From Sedimentisphaerales bacterium (GTDB lineage: Bacteria > Planctomycetota > Phycisphaerae > Sedimentisphaerales > Anaerobacaceae): a DNA stretch of 64,000 nucleotides. Below, one piece after another: positions 1 through 8,662 of this stretch (position 1 is its first letter; each line of letters begins with the position of its first letter). Location of the stretch: the NCBI GenBank assembly GCA_040772485.1, contig JAXGYC010000008.1, positions 320,001 through 384,000 on the forward strand. Reading direction: 5' to 3'. The position numbers were made by a program, and so were the translations under genes. Under the pieces are notes generated by a model. The model was not told the origin of the DNA. It worked only from the letters and a program-made list of their open reading frames with translations, and did not search any database.

Positions 1-281
1 TATCGTTCGACCCCGATGTGAACCTGGGTAATATAAGAGACGCCTGAAGGTTGGCAACCGGCTACAGGCACGTGTTCACACACAATCTACAGGACGCGGC
101 CGACGAAGGGCTTGGGTCGGAGGATCTGGAGGCCGGCGAAGCCGGAGACGGGCGGAACGTGGCGGTCTTGGCTGACGAGGATGCGTTTGCCCGCTCAACT
201 CCCGGCAGCAGATTGCCGATAGTCGTTAGCGTCAGGCGGGTGCGCGTATGCGAGCACCGCCAGAGGCGGAAAGGAACGAAC

Positions 282-683
282 ATGAAACGCAACCACTTGC
301 TCGTAGTTGGCGTGCTTCTCGGAGTCGTGGCAACCGTACTGCTTGCCCAGCAGGGATCACCACGGGCGCTGCGCCGATGGGAGTACGCCGTCTACATGAC
401 CGGCTTGGGTCAGAACGGGAAGGCCAGACTCTGGCAACGAAGCAGCGGACGAGCGGGAGTCACCGAAGCGCGGAGGGACTATGTCTCCGGCGACGAGCCG
501 TACGAATTCTGCAAAGAGTTGGGCATTCCCTATTCAGCCCCTATCAGGATGGATACTCCGGGCGAGAAGCTCGCGTTCGAACTCGTCGTGCTGGACTACT
601 TCGGTGATCAGGGCTGGGAACTGGTATCCGCCCCCACGGAACAGGGCGCCGTGCAAAAGCATCTTTTCAAGCGGATCAGGTAA
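282..683 (+). CDS. Secreted/membrane-anchored hypothetical protein (DUF4177-like WEY...GWELVS motifs)
   Basis: AAGGAA RBS before ATG 282; hydrophobic N-terminus; 'RWEYAV' and 'LDYFGDQGWELVS...LFKR' motifs. Confidence 0.6.
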   Translation: MKRNHLLVVGVLLGVVATVLLAQQGSPRALRRWEYAVYMTGLGQNGKARLWQRSSGRAGVTEARRDYVSGDEPYEFCKELGIPYSAPIRMDTPGEKLAFELVVLDYFGDQGWELVSAPTEQGAVQKHLFKRIR

Positions 684-690
684 CACCGGG

Positions 691-786
691 CTCGCAGGGG
701 CGAGGCATGCTTGGCCCGGTTTGTAGTGTGCTCGTGAGAGCATACCTGTTCAGCGAGTAGCCCGCCGGGGCGGGCCACTGCGAACG
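691..786. repeat. Composite REP-like element (GGGGCGAGGCATGC-type palindrome + GTAGTGTGCTC...CACTGCGAAC pair)
   Basis: Near-identical to 3281-3376 and similar to 2580-2713. Confidence 0.85.
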
Positions 787-860
787 AACGCCTGATCCCG
801 ATGCACGTCGAGATCACTTATGAACCGTTTGTCTGTCACATCCGCGCGAGGGCCGCGCAA

Positions 861-887
861 GGGCGAAGCATGCTTCGCCCCTACGAG
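861..887 (-). repeat. GTAG-type REP (GTAGGGGCGAAGCATGCTTCGCCC)
   Basis: Perfect palindrome with GTAG tetranucleotide; recurs across the window. Confidence 0.85.
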
Positions 888-1088
888 CATGTCTTTGCCA
901 AATCGGGGGCCACCATAGTCAATTCAAGATCGAAACTGGCAAGGCGGCCCCTGGAATGGCCCGGAATTGTCGCCGGGTCTGGAAACGTCTTGATGTATGC
1001 CTCGTGCCGGGGTATGTGTATCTCTGGTAGAATGCAGCCGCTGGTCCGTTGGGCGACGACGGGATGGCACACTACGGAGAATCTTGGC

Positions 1089-2531
1089 ATGAAGACAAAC
1101 AGACAGCATGGCGGCAATCGCATCGACAACCGCAGTCCCAAGGTCTCGCGCCGCGCCCTGCTCGGGGGCGTCGCGGCGGGTGTCGCCTTTTCCGTGGTGC
1201 CCCGCCACGTTCTCGGGGGGCAGGGCCATACGGCTGCGAGTGACAAGATCAGCCTCGGGTTGATCGGGCTGGGTGGCCAGGGCCACGTGAACCTGTTCAA
1301 CTTCCTGCAGATGGAGGACGTGCAGGTCACAAGCGTATGCGATGTCAATCGCGAAGGGCCGGGGTACATTTCCTGGGATTGGATGGAGGGTAAGGAGCGG
1401 AAACTGGGCGGGCGAGAGCCGGCCCGGCGTCTGGTGAACGGACACTACGCCGAGCAGCGGGGGCAGAGCACGTTTCGCGGCTGCACCGCCTACGCGGACT
1501 ACCGCGAACTGCTGGAAACGGAAGACGTGGATGCGGTGATGGTCGCCACGCCGGACCACGCCCACGCGGTGATCGTCATGGCGGCCTTGAAGCAGGGCAA
1601 GCACGTGTACTGCGAAAAGCCGCTCGCTTACACGGTTCACGAGGCGCGGGCCGTGACCGAAGCGGCGCGTCGGGCCAAGGTGGCCACCCAACTGGGCAAC
1701 CAGGGACAGGCGTCCGAGGAGGCACGTTTGACCCAGGAGATCATCCTCGACGGCGCGATCGGCCCCGTGCGCGAGGTGCACGTCAATCGGGGTCCCTGCT
1801 TCTGGGATCCGCCGGCATGGGGCGGCCATCGCCCCCCGGACCAGCCGCCGGTGCCCGAGGGACTGGACTGGGATCGCTGGCTGGGCCCGGCCCCGGCACG
1901 CCCCTATCACCCGGCCTACCATCCCTGGCGATGGCGGGACTGGTGGGATTTCGGCACCGGCCCCCTGGGGGACATGGGCTGCCATATCCTCTCGACCGTG
2001 TTCAAGGCGCTCCAGCTCCGCCATCCGGACGGCGTGGTGGCCGAGTGCGCGGAGACCGGCCCGGAGGTCTACCCGCGCCGTTTCAGGGTGACCTATACAT
2101 TCGGCTCGCGTGACGGGATGCCGCCGCTGACCCTGATCTGGCATGATGAGGGCTATGACCCGCCTCGGCCGCAGGCCCTGGAGCCGGGACGCCCCTTGAC
2201 GTCGCCGATCTACGTGGGAGACGAAGGCACGATGATGGACTACCTGCTGATTCCTGAATCGCGGCGCAAGGCCTACGGCAAGCCCCCTCGGGTACTGCCG
2301 CGTTCGCCGGGACAGTACCGTGAGTGGATCGATGCGTGTCGAGGCGGGACGCCGGCGGGTTCGGATTTTGTGAACCACAGCGGTCTGCTGACGGAGACCG
2401 CGCTTTTGGGCAATATCGCCATACGCACGGGCAAGGCGCTTGATTGGGACGGTCCCAACCTCAAGATCACCAACGACGAATCGGCCAACCGATACCTGCA
2501 CCGGGACTACCGGGACGGCTGGACTTTATAA
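1089..2531 (+). CDS. Tat-exported Gfo/Idh/MocA family oxidoreductase
   Basis: SRRALL twin-arginine signal, GLIGLGGQG Rossmann motif, ATPDHAH, CEKP, GDMGCH. Confidence 0.92.
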   Translation: MKTNRQHGGNRIDNRSPKVSRRALLGGVAAGVAFSVVPRHVLGGQGHTAASDKISLGLIGLGGQGHVNLFNFLQMEDVQVTSVCDVNREGPGYISWDWMEGKERKLGGREPARRLVNGHYAEQRGQSTFRGCTAYADYRELLETEDVDAVMVATPDHAHAVIVMAALKQGKHVYCEKPLAYTVHEARAVTEAARRAKVATQLGNQGQASEEARLTQEIILDGAIGPVREVHVNRGPCFWDPPAWGGHRPPDQPPVPEGLDWDRWLGPAPARPYHPAYHPWRWRDWWDFGTGPLGDMGCHILSTVFKALQLRHPDGVVAECAETGPEVYPRRFRVTYTFGSRDGMPPLTLIWHDEGYDPPRPQALEPGRPLTSPIYVGDEGTMMDYLLIPESRRKAYGKPPRVLPRSPGQYREWIDACRGGTPAGSDFVNHSGLLTETALLGNIAIRTGKALDWDGPNLKITNDESANRYLHRDYRDGWTL

Positions 2532-2579
2532 CGACTTGAAGGCGTCCGGCGCGAATGGCACGGAGAAGAGCGGGCGGTG

Positions 2580-2713
2580 CTCGTAGGGGCGAAGCATGCT
2601 TCGCCCTGTTCGTAGTGTGCCCGTGAGGGCATACACATTCAACAAGCAGCGTCTTACGACGCCACTACGAACAAGCGCCTCGGAATAGCCGACCGCGGCG
2701 GACCACTACGAAC
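2580..2713. repeat. Composite REP cluster (GTAGGGGCG palindrome, GTTCGTAGTGTGCCC, two CACTACGAAC ends)
   Basis: Same motifs as 691-786 and 3281-3376. Confidence 0.85.
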
Positions 2714-2828
2714 GGCGGATCTTTGCTTTGCCCGGCACCCGCGCACCGACTATGATGGGGCCGGGAAGATAACGCGGATCGATCGCTGTCGATCTCGCGC
2801 CGGAACCTCTGAGTGACTGGGAGTGCAC

Positions 2829-3245
2829 ATGGAAACGATTCTGCGAGGCGGTTGCCTGTGCGGCGCGGTGCGGTATGAATGCACCGGCGACCCTGGAAAT
2901 GCCAGCTACTGTCACTGCGACGACTGCAAGAGAGCGACGGGAGGGCCCTACACCGTGGGCGTCCTCGTCCGGGCGGCGGACCTGCGCATCCTCTCGGGCG
3001 AGGTCAAAGGCTACACCACCATCGCCGACAGCGGCCGCAGGATCACGCGCCAGTTCTGTCCCGAGTGCGGCTCGCCGCTGTTCACCCGAGCGGAGAAACG
3101 TCCCGGTCTGGTCTTCCTCAAGGCGGGCAGTCTCGATGAGCCCCAGCGCGTCAAACCGAGCTGCCAGACCTGGACCAAACGGGCCGTACCCTGGGCCTGC
3201 ATCGACCAGAGCCTGCCGTCCTTCCCGGAGAGCCGTCCGACTTGA
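2829..3245 (+). CDS. GFA (glutathione-dependent formaldehyde-activating/CENP-V) family Zn protein
   Basis: GGCLCGAVRY, CHCxxC, FCPECGSPL motifs. Confidence 0.92.
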   Translation: METILRGGCLCGAVRYECTGDPGNASYCHCDDCKRATGGPYTVGVLVRAADLRILSGEVKGYTTIADSGRRITRQFCPECGSPLFTRAEKRPGLVFLKAGSLDEPQRVKPSCQTWTKRAVPWACIDQSLPSFPESRPT

Positions 3246-3280
3246 ACGGATCGTCGGCGATAAAGAGCGTATGCAGTATG

Positions 3281-3376
3281 CTCGCAGGGGCGAGGCATGC
3301 CTCGCCCGGTTTGTAGTGTGCTCGTGAGAGCATACAAACGCGTCAGAACACCCCGCCGCGGCGGGCCACTACGAAC
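3281..3376. repeat. Composite REP-like element
   Basis: ctcgcaggggcgaggcatgcctcgcccggtttgtagtgtgctcgtgagagcatac...ccactacgaac. Confidence 0.85.
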
Positions 3377-3438
3377 GATGGCGTCAGGAATTCGGTCGGA
3401 TGGACCGATAGCAGAATTTTCGCAAAGGACATCGAGCC

Positions 3439-4512
3439 ATGAAACGAAGGACGTTCATCAGCGCGCTCGGCGTGGCGATCGCGGCGCTGCTGCCTTCTCT
3501 GGCGGCGCCGACGACAGCCGGACAACCGCCCCAGGTGAGGGTCACCAACATTCGCCGCGTGTTTCACAACGGCGAGCACAACGCGTTCACGGACCTCGTT
3601 CGCTTTCGGGACAGGTTCTACCTGACGTTCCGCAGTTGCCCGGACGGCCACATGGTGCACCCTTCGGCGTCGATCATCATCCTCGCCAGCACGGACGCAA
3701 AGCAGTGGGAACAAGTCCACCGTTTCAGCGTCGCCAGGCGAGACACGCGCGACCCGCATTTTCTCGTCTTCAAGGACACGCTCTTCGTCTACACCGGCAC
3801 CTGGTACTGCGGCCAGACGTCGCCGAAATCGGAAGACTACGACCTGAACCAGCATCTCGGCTACGCCGCATGGTCCAAAGACGGCGCCGAGTGGCACAGT
3901 CCGGTCCTGCTCGAAGGGACGTTCGGCCACTACATCTGGCGGGCCAACGCCTTCGACGGGAAGGCCTATCTCTGCGGCCGGCGAAAGAAGGATTTTGCGG
4001 TCGGGCCGAAAGGGGAAGGCTCGATGGTCGAATCGGCCATGCTCGAAAGCGACGACGGCTTGATCTGGCGGACCCGCGCTCTGTTCCAGGAAATCGACGG
4101 CGACGAGACCGCGTTCCAGTTCGAGCCGGACGGCAGCATCATCGCCATCGGGCGAAGAGGCAGAGCCAACGCCCAACTGCTGAGGTCCAAGAAGCCCTAC
4201 ACGCAGTGGGAACGCCAGGAACTCGACCGCTACATCGGCGGCCCGCTGCTGATGCGCTGGGCCGGCCGCTACGTGGTCGGCGGACGCAAGACCATCGAGG
4301 GCAAGGGACCCACGACCTCGCTGTGCTGGCTCGTGGAGGATCGGTTGCACGAATTCGCCGAGCTTCCCAGCGCCGGCGACAACTCCTACCCCGGCTTCGT
4401 CGAGATCGGCCCGAACCGCGCGCTGGTGTCGTGGTATTCGTCGCACGAGAAAGACGCGACCGGCAAACCCATCACCGCGATCTACCTGGCAGACCTGGAG
4501 TTCGTGGACTGA
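3439..4512 (+). CDS. Exported sialidase-like / BNR (Asp-box) beta-propeller protein
   Basis: KRRTFI signal; HNAFTDL, RDP, Asp-boxes (STDAKQW, SKDGAEW, SDDGLIW), GDNSYPG. Confidence 0.75.
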   Translation: MKRRTFISALGVAIAALLPSLAAPTTAGQPPQVRVTNIRRVFHNGEHNAFTDLVRFRDRFYLTFRSCPDGHMVHPSASIIILASTDAKQWEQVHRFSVARRDTRDPHFLVFKDTLFVYTGTWYCGQTSPKSEDYDLNQHLGYAAWSKDGAEWHSPVLLEGTFGHYIWRANAFDGKAYLCGRRKKDFAVGPKGEGSMVESAMLESDDGLIWRTRALFQEIDGDETAFQFEPDGSIIAIGRRGRANAQLLRSKKPYTQWERQELDRYIGGPLLMRWAGRYVVGGRKTIEGKGPTTSLCWLVEDRLHEFAELPSAGDNSYPGFVEIGPNRALVSWYSSHEKDATGKPITAIYLADLEFVD

Positions 4513-4575
4513 CGGCCGGGGAGGAACCAGAGGCATCCGGCACACCTTTCGAAAACACCAGAAGGAGAATATACG

Positions 4576-4983
4576 TTGGGAACGCATGCGGGAAGCTGTC
4601 TGTGCGGCGCGGTGGCGTACGAGTTCGACGATCCGGTGGTGCAGTTCTGCTATTGCCATTGTCCGCGCTGCCGGAAGGCGACCGGCTCGGCCCACGCCGC
4701 CAACCTCTTCGTCAGGCCCGATCAGTTTCGGTGGACCCGCGGCCGGGAGCAGGTGAGACGCTACGACCTGCCCGAAGCGAAACGCTTCGCCAAGTGCTTC
4801 TGCGCCACGTGCGGCTCGCCGCTGCCGCACGCCACCCGCGCGGGCGACGGCGTCATCATCCCGGCCGGCTCTCTCGACGCCGACCCCGGCGTCAAACCCC
4901 AGTGCGGCATCTGGTGGTCCGCGCGGGCACCGTGGTATGTTAGTACCGTGGACCTGGAGCAATATGAAGAGGGCCTGCGATAG
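4576..4983 (+). CDS. GFA family protein (second copy, TTG start)
   Basis: AAGGAG RBS; GSCLCGAV, CHCPRC, FCATCGSPL. Confidence 0.9.
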   Translation: MGTHAGSCLCGAVAYEFDDPVVQFCYCHCPRCRKATGSAHAANLFVRPDQFRWTRGREQVRRYDLPEAKRFAKCFCATCGSPLPHATRAGDGVIIPAGSLDADPGVKPQCGIWWSARAPWYVSTVDLEQYEEGLR

Positions 4984-5002
4984 GCGACCAGGAGAATGCG
5001 CG

Positions 5003-5191
5003 ATGAAGCCCAGACGTGATGCTTTTTCGCTGATCGAACTGCTGATGGTCATCGCGATCATCGCCGTTCTCTCGGCCATCCTGCTGGTGGCCCTGGGCAA
5101 GACCAGGAAACAGGCGCAGGACCTGAGGCGCCACTCCGACCAGCGGCAGGACGAGATCATGCAACGGTTGGATGAGAGCGACAATCAATAG
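5003..5191 (+). CDS. Very short prepilin-type N-terminal cleavage/methylation protein (62 aa)
   Basis: AGGAG RBS; 'DA|FSLIELLMVIAIIAVLSAILL' type IV prepilin motif. Confidence 0.7.
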   Translation: MKPRRDAFSLIELLMVIAIIAVLSAILLVALGKTRKQAQDLRRHSDQRQDEIMQRLDESDNQ

Positions 5192-5246
5192 GAACTTTCG
5201 GGAGTCAACCTGAAGGCGCCGGGCGTTTTCGCAAGTGTCTGACCCT

Positions 5247-6239
5247 TCATTTGCCCGCAACCGTGTACTCCACACCTCGAACTTCGTCGCGGACTTCTGT
5301 CCCGACTGGAAACTCGAATTGAAAAGTGCTCTCATCTACTTCGACATTAGGGGCGAACTCAAACACCTGCAATTGGCGCGTGACCGTCCCATATACGATG
5401 TTCCCCGAATTGTCATGTGCGCCGACAATCGCCATTTGCGTCGCTTTGGATGGATACCACGTTACGTCAGTGTCCGTCTCAACCTTCGCTGTATCAAGAA
5501 CCACTATCTCATGACCAAGCCTACCATCGTCCAAGAACATTTGAAATCTCATCGGCAACATGCCTTTATCATGAGCAAACCATGTCTTGGACATGACCTT
5601 ACCGCCATGTACGAGTTCCAGAACGTGGCATGGTTCACCGGAGACCATCTCCAGATTCGGCTTGACCACGGTACACGGCTTGCTACTTTCCATGGTATTG
5701 CCAATCATACCACTCACCCATTCCATATATGCAACCTCTCGGCCCTGTGCATCCACGGGAGCGCCAACACTATCCGCAAGCAGATATCTACGAAGACTCG
5801 CCTCCAGAATGGCAGGAGTGGTCCCGATTCGTCCAGATGAAATACGACCTCTCCTCCTTGGACCGTCCCCCCAATACTGCTGGGTGGTCTTTCCGTTGAA
5901 TGCAGACTCGTGAATCTTGAGAGGTTCATCCAGCCCCCCTCCGTTTCGAGAATACCGCAGATGGAATCGTTTCGTATCGCGGTCAATTGTCAGGTCGGCT
6001 ATCTGGAACCTGACCAGATTCTCAAGTCCCACGGCGCTTTTGTTGTCATTCACATCAATGACTCTGTCGGAGAGTCTGAAATGCATTCGGTGAATCCCAC
6101 CATAGCGAGCCCTCCAACCGGCAATCAGCGCCTGCGCATCCAGAAAGGCCGCCTCCTCTGCCAAGGCAATAGACATAGAAGACGCGACACATAATGCCAC
6201 AGTAATCGGGATAACTCGTGCTCGCTCAATCATCTGCAT
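5247..6239 (-). CDS. Secreted hypothetical protein, LolA-like/outer-membrane-sorting fold suspected; lower GC
   Basis: AAGGAG RBS; signal peptide (…SIALA-EE); 'AFNG', 'WFAHDKGMLP', 'WYPSK', 'FQFEFPVGTEVRD'. Confidence 0.7.
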   Translation of the reverse strand: MQMIERARVIPITVALCVASSMSIALAEEAAFLDAQALIAGWRARYGGIHRMHFRLSDRVIDVNDNKSAVGLENLVRFQIADLTIDRDTKRFHLRYSRNGGGLDEPLKIHESAFNGKTTQQYWGDGPRRRGRISSGRIGTTPAILEASLRRYLLADSVGAPVDAQGREVAYMEWVSGMIGNTMESSKPCTVVKPNLEMVSGEPCHVLELVHGGKVMSKTWFAHDKGMLPMRFQMFLDDGRLGHEIVVLDTAKVETDTDVTWYPSKATQMAIVGAHDNSGNIVYGTVTRQLQVFEFAPNVEVDESTFQFEFPVGTEVRDEVRGVEYTVAGK

Positions 6240-6465
6240 GGCATACTCCTTGCTCTCGCGAATTCCGCTGCCAAGGACAATACGACCAACCACCGTGCTG
6301 TGGTCGAGTTCATCACTTCCGTTCAGTGTCAGTCTACTCTATCGGTCAACGAACGTCAACAGCGGGACCACGGGAGACCTGACAAATCGGGTGTTCTGCG
6401 AGGGCCGAACGTGGTAGGATGGCAGGCGTGGGATGGGCCGGAACCGATGGATTCAGGAGCAGATT

Positions 6466-8646
6466 ATGAGAACTGCACTTGCATTGATCGTGGTTGTGGG
6501 GACGGTTGCTTGTAGTGTGCCCGTAAGAGCCTGCCCTGAGCTTACCGAAGGGGCATCAGAGGGAACGCCTGACGGCGTCACTACGAACAGGAGGATCATC
6601 GACCTGAACGGGACGTGGAAGGTGGCGGAAGGGTCGATGGATTCGATGCCGGCGCGGTTCGAGCACACGGTCCGGGTGCCGGGGCTGATCGACATGGCCG
6701 AGCCGGCGTTTGCCGAGGTCGGCAAGAAAAGCGAGCGGCGACAGGCGTTCTGGTATCAGCGAACGTTCACCGTCGAGGGGCCAATCCCCGACATCGCGCT
6801 GCTGAAGATCCACAAGGCGCGGTACGGCACGAAGGTCTGGCTCAACGGGCAACTCGTCGGCGAGCACCTGCCATGCTTTACGCCGGGGCACCTGGATGTC
6901 AAACCCCACCTCAAAGGCGGCGGGCAGGCCAACGAGCTGATCGTCCGCGTCGGCGCCGACCGTGAATCGCGACCGACGGATGTACCCAGCGGCTGGGATT
7001 TCGAAAAGTATCTGTACATTCCGGGCATCTACGATTCGATCGAGCTGATCCTGACCGGGGCGCCGTACATCGAGAGCTTCCAGGTTGTACCCGACGTCGC
7101 CAGGCAGACGGTCCGATTCGTCTCGACCGCCCGCAATCCCACGCGGCAGGAGCAGGTGGACGTGAGGTTCCGGATTCGCGAGGCCGCCAGCGGCCGGGGC
7201 ATTCTCGCCAGAAGAATGCGATTGTCCGAAGTTGGCGACGATACTCAGTTCCCCGTCGATGATGACTTTCACCTTACCGATTGCCACATGTGGTCGCCGG
7301 AGGACCCGTTCCTCTACGAGATAGAGGTGAACATCGGCACCGATCAGGTCCGCACGCGTTTCGGTATGCGAGAATTCCGATTCGATCACGAGACGGGGCG
7401 TGGCGTGCTCAACGGCAAACCTTACTTCATGCGGGGCACGAATGTCTGCGCGTACCGGTTCTTCGAGGACGCCGAACGCGGCGACCGGCCCTGGCGCGCC
7501 GAGTGGGTCCGTCGGCTGCACCAGAAGTTCAAGGGCATGCACTGGAACAGCATCCGCTACTGCATCGGCTTCCCGCCGGAGTTGTGGTACGACATCGCCG
7601 ACGAGGTGGGCTTCCTCATCCAGGACGAGTTCCCGATCTGGCTGCTGAGCGAGGCCCCCGAGAAGCCGACGGCCGAGAAGATCATCCCCGAATACACCGA
7701 GTGGATGCGCGAGCGTTGGAACCATCCTTGCGTGGTGATCTGGGACGCACAGAACGAGAGCCACACACCCGAGACGGGCAAGGCCCTTGAAGCGGTGCGC
7801 CGCCTGGACCTCTCGAACCGGCCGTGGGAAAACGGCTGGGCCGAGCCCCAGAGCCTGACCGATTGCGTTGAGGCCCACCCGTATCTGTTCATCAGCATGT
7901 ACAACGCCGACTGGGGCAGTGCGAAGTTCAAAGGGCTCGAGGACATCGTCAACGTCTCACCGATCCCGTCCTTGCAGCAGGCCCAGCGAAAGCTCAAGGT
8001 GCCGATCATCATCAACGAATACGCGTGGCTGTGGCTCAATCGCGACGGCACGCCCACGTGTCTGACCGCCCCGATCTACGAGAAGCTGCTTGGGTCCAAC
8101 TCGACCACGGAGCAGCGGCGGGCGCTCTACGCAAAGTACCTGGCGGCGTTGACCGAGTTCTGGCGCAGCGGCCGGCAATGCGCCGGCGTGCTGCACTTCT
8201 GCGGGCTGGGCTATTCCCGCGCGGGCGACAAGCCCCGGCCCGAGGGCGGCGCGACCAGCGATCACTTCATCGACCTGGAGAAGCTCACGTTCGAGCCGAA
8301 CTTCGAGCGATGCGTCCGCGACGCGTTCGCGCCGGTGGGGGTCATGCTCGACTACTGGGGTCAGGCGCTGCCGGCCGGCGAGCAGCACGACTTCGAGATC
8401 GTCGTAACCAACGATCTGGCTCTGGAGCGCGAAGGCAACGTGCGGCTGCTCATTCGCAAGGGCGACATGCTCCTCGCCCGGCAGGAGGAGCCGTGCAGGG
8501 TCGAGGCGCTAGGCCAGAAGCGCTTTTCGTTCACGCAGACCGTTCCCTTCGAACCAGGTCGGTACCTGGTGATAGCCGATCTGGCGGTTGCCGGACAGGA
8601 ACCGGTTCGCAGCGTACGAGACCTGATCGTTGTCCCCGCGAAGTGA
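6466..8646 (+). CDS. Exported glycoside hydrolase family 2
   Basis: DLNGTW, VWLNG, WSPEDPFLY, FGMREF, LNGKPYFMRGTN, NHPCVVIWDAQNE (acid/base), NEY (nucleophile). Confidence 0.9.
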   Translation: MRTALALIVVVGTVACSVPVRACPELTEGASEGTPDGVTTNRRIIDLNGTWKVAEGSMDSMPARFEHTVRVPGLIDMAEPAFAEVGKKSERRQAFWYQRTFTVEGPIPDIALLKIHKARYGTKVWLNGQLVGEHLPCFTPGHLDVKPHLKGGGQANELIVRVGADRESRPTDVPSGWDFEKYLYIPGIYDSIELILTGAPYIESFQVVPDVARQTVRFVSTARNPTRQEQVDVRFRIREAASGRGILARRMRLSEVGDDTQFPVDDDFHLTDCHMWSPEDPFLYEIEVNIGTDQVRTRFGMREFRFDHETGRGVLNGKPYFMRGTNVCAYRFFEDAERGDRPWRAEWVRRLHQKFKGMHWNSIRYCIGFPPELWYDIADEVGFLIQDEFPIWLLSEAPEKPTAEKIIPEYTEWMRERWNHPCVVIWDAQNESHTPETGKALEAVRRLDLSNRPWENGWAEPQSLTDCVEAHPYLFISMYNADWGSAKFKGLEDIVNVSPIPSLQQAQRKLKVPIIINEYAWLWLNRDGTPTCLTAPIYEKLLGSNSTTEQRRALYAKYLAALTEFWRSGRQCAGVLHFCGLGYSRAGDKPRPEGGATSDHFIDLEKLTFEPNFERCVRDAFAPVGVMLDYWGQALPAGEQHDFEIVVTNDLALEREGNVRLLIRKGDMLLARQEEPCRVEALGQKRFSFTQTVPFEPGRYLVIADLAVAGQEPVRSVRDLIVVPAK
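6511..6588. repeat. REP-like doublet inserted in frame in the GH2 N-terminus
   Basis: tgtagtgtgcccgtaag…cgcctgacggcgtcactacgaac matches intergenic REP ends; 78 nt = 26 codons. Confidence 0.75.
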
Positions 8647-8662
8647 AATGAGGATCGAGACC

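Noticed and set aside
801..1088. Extended N-terminus of the Gfo/Idh/MocA ORF
   Set aside because: It runs through a REP and intergenic sequence; the RBS and Tat signal support the 1089 start.
691..3376. Repeats as a CRISPR array or integron attC sites
   Set aside because: Copies are separated by whole genes, vary in sequence and recur throughout the window in both orientations. No cas or integrase gene is in view, and GTAG-palindrome structure fits REPs.
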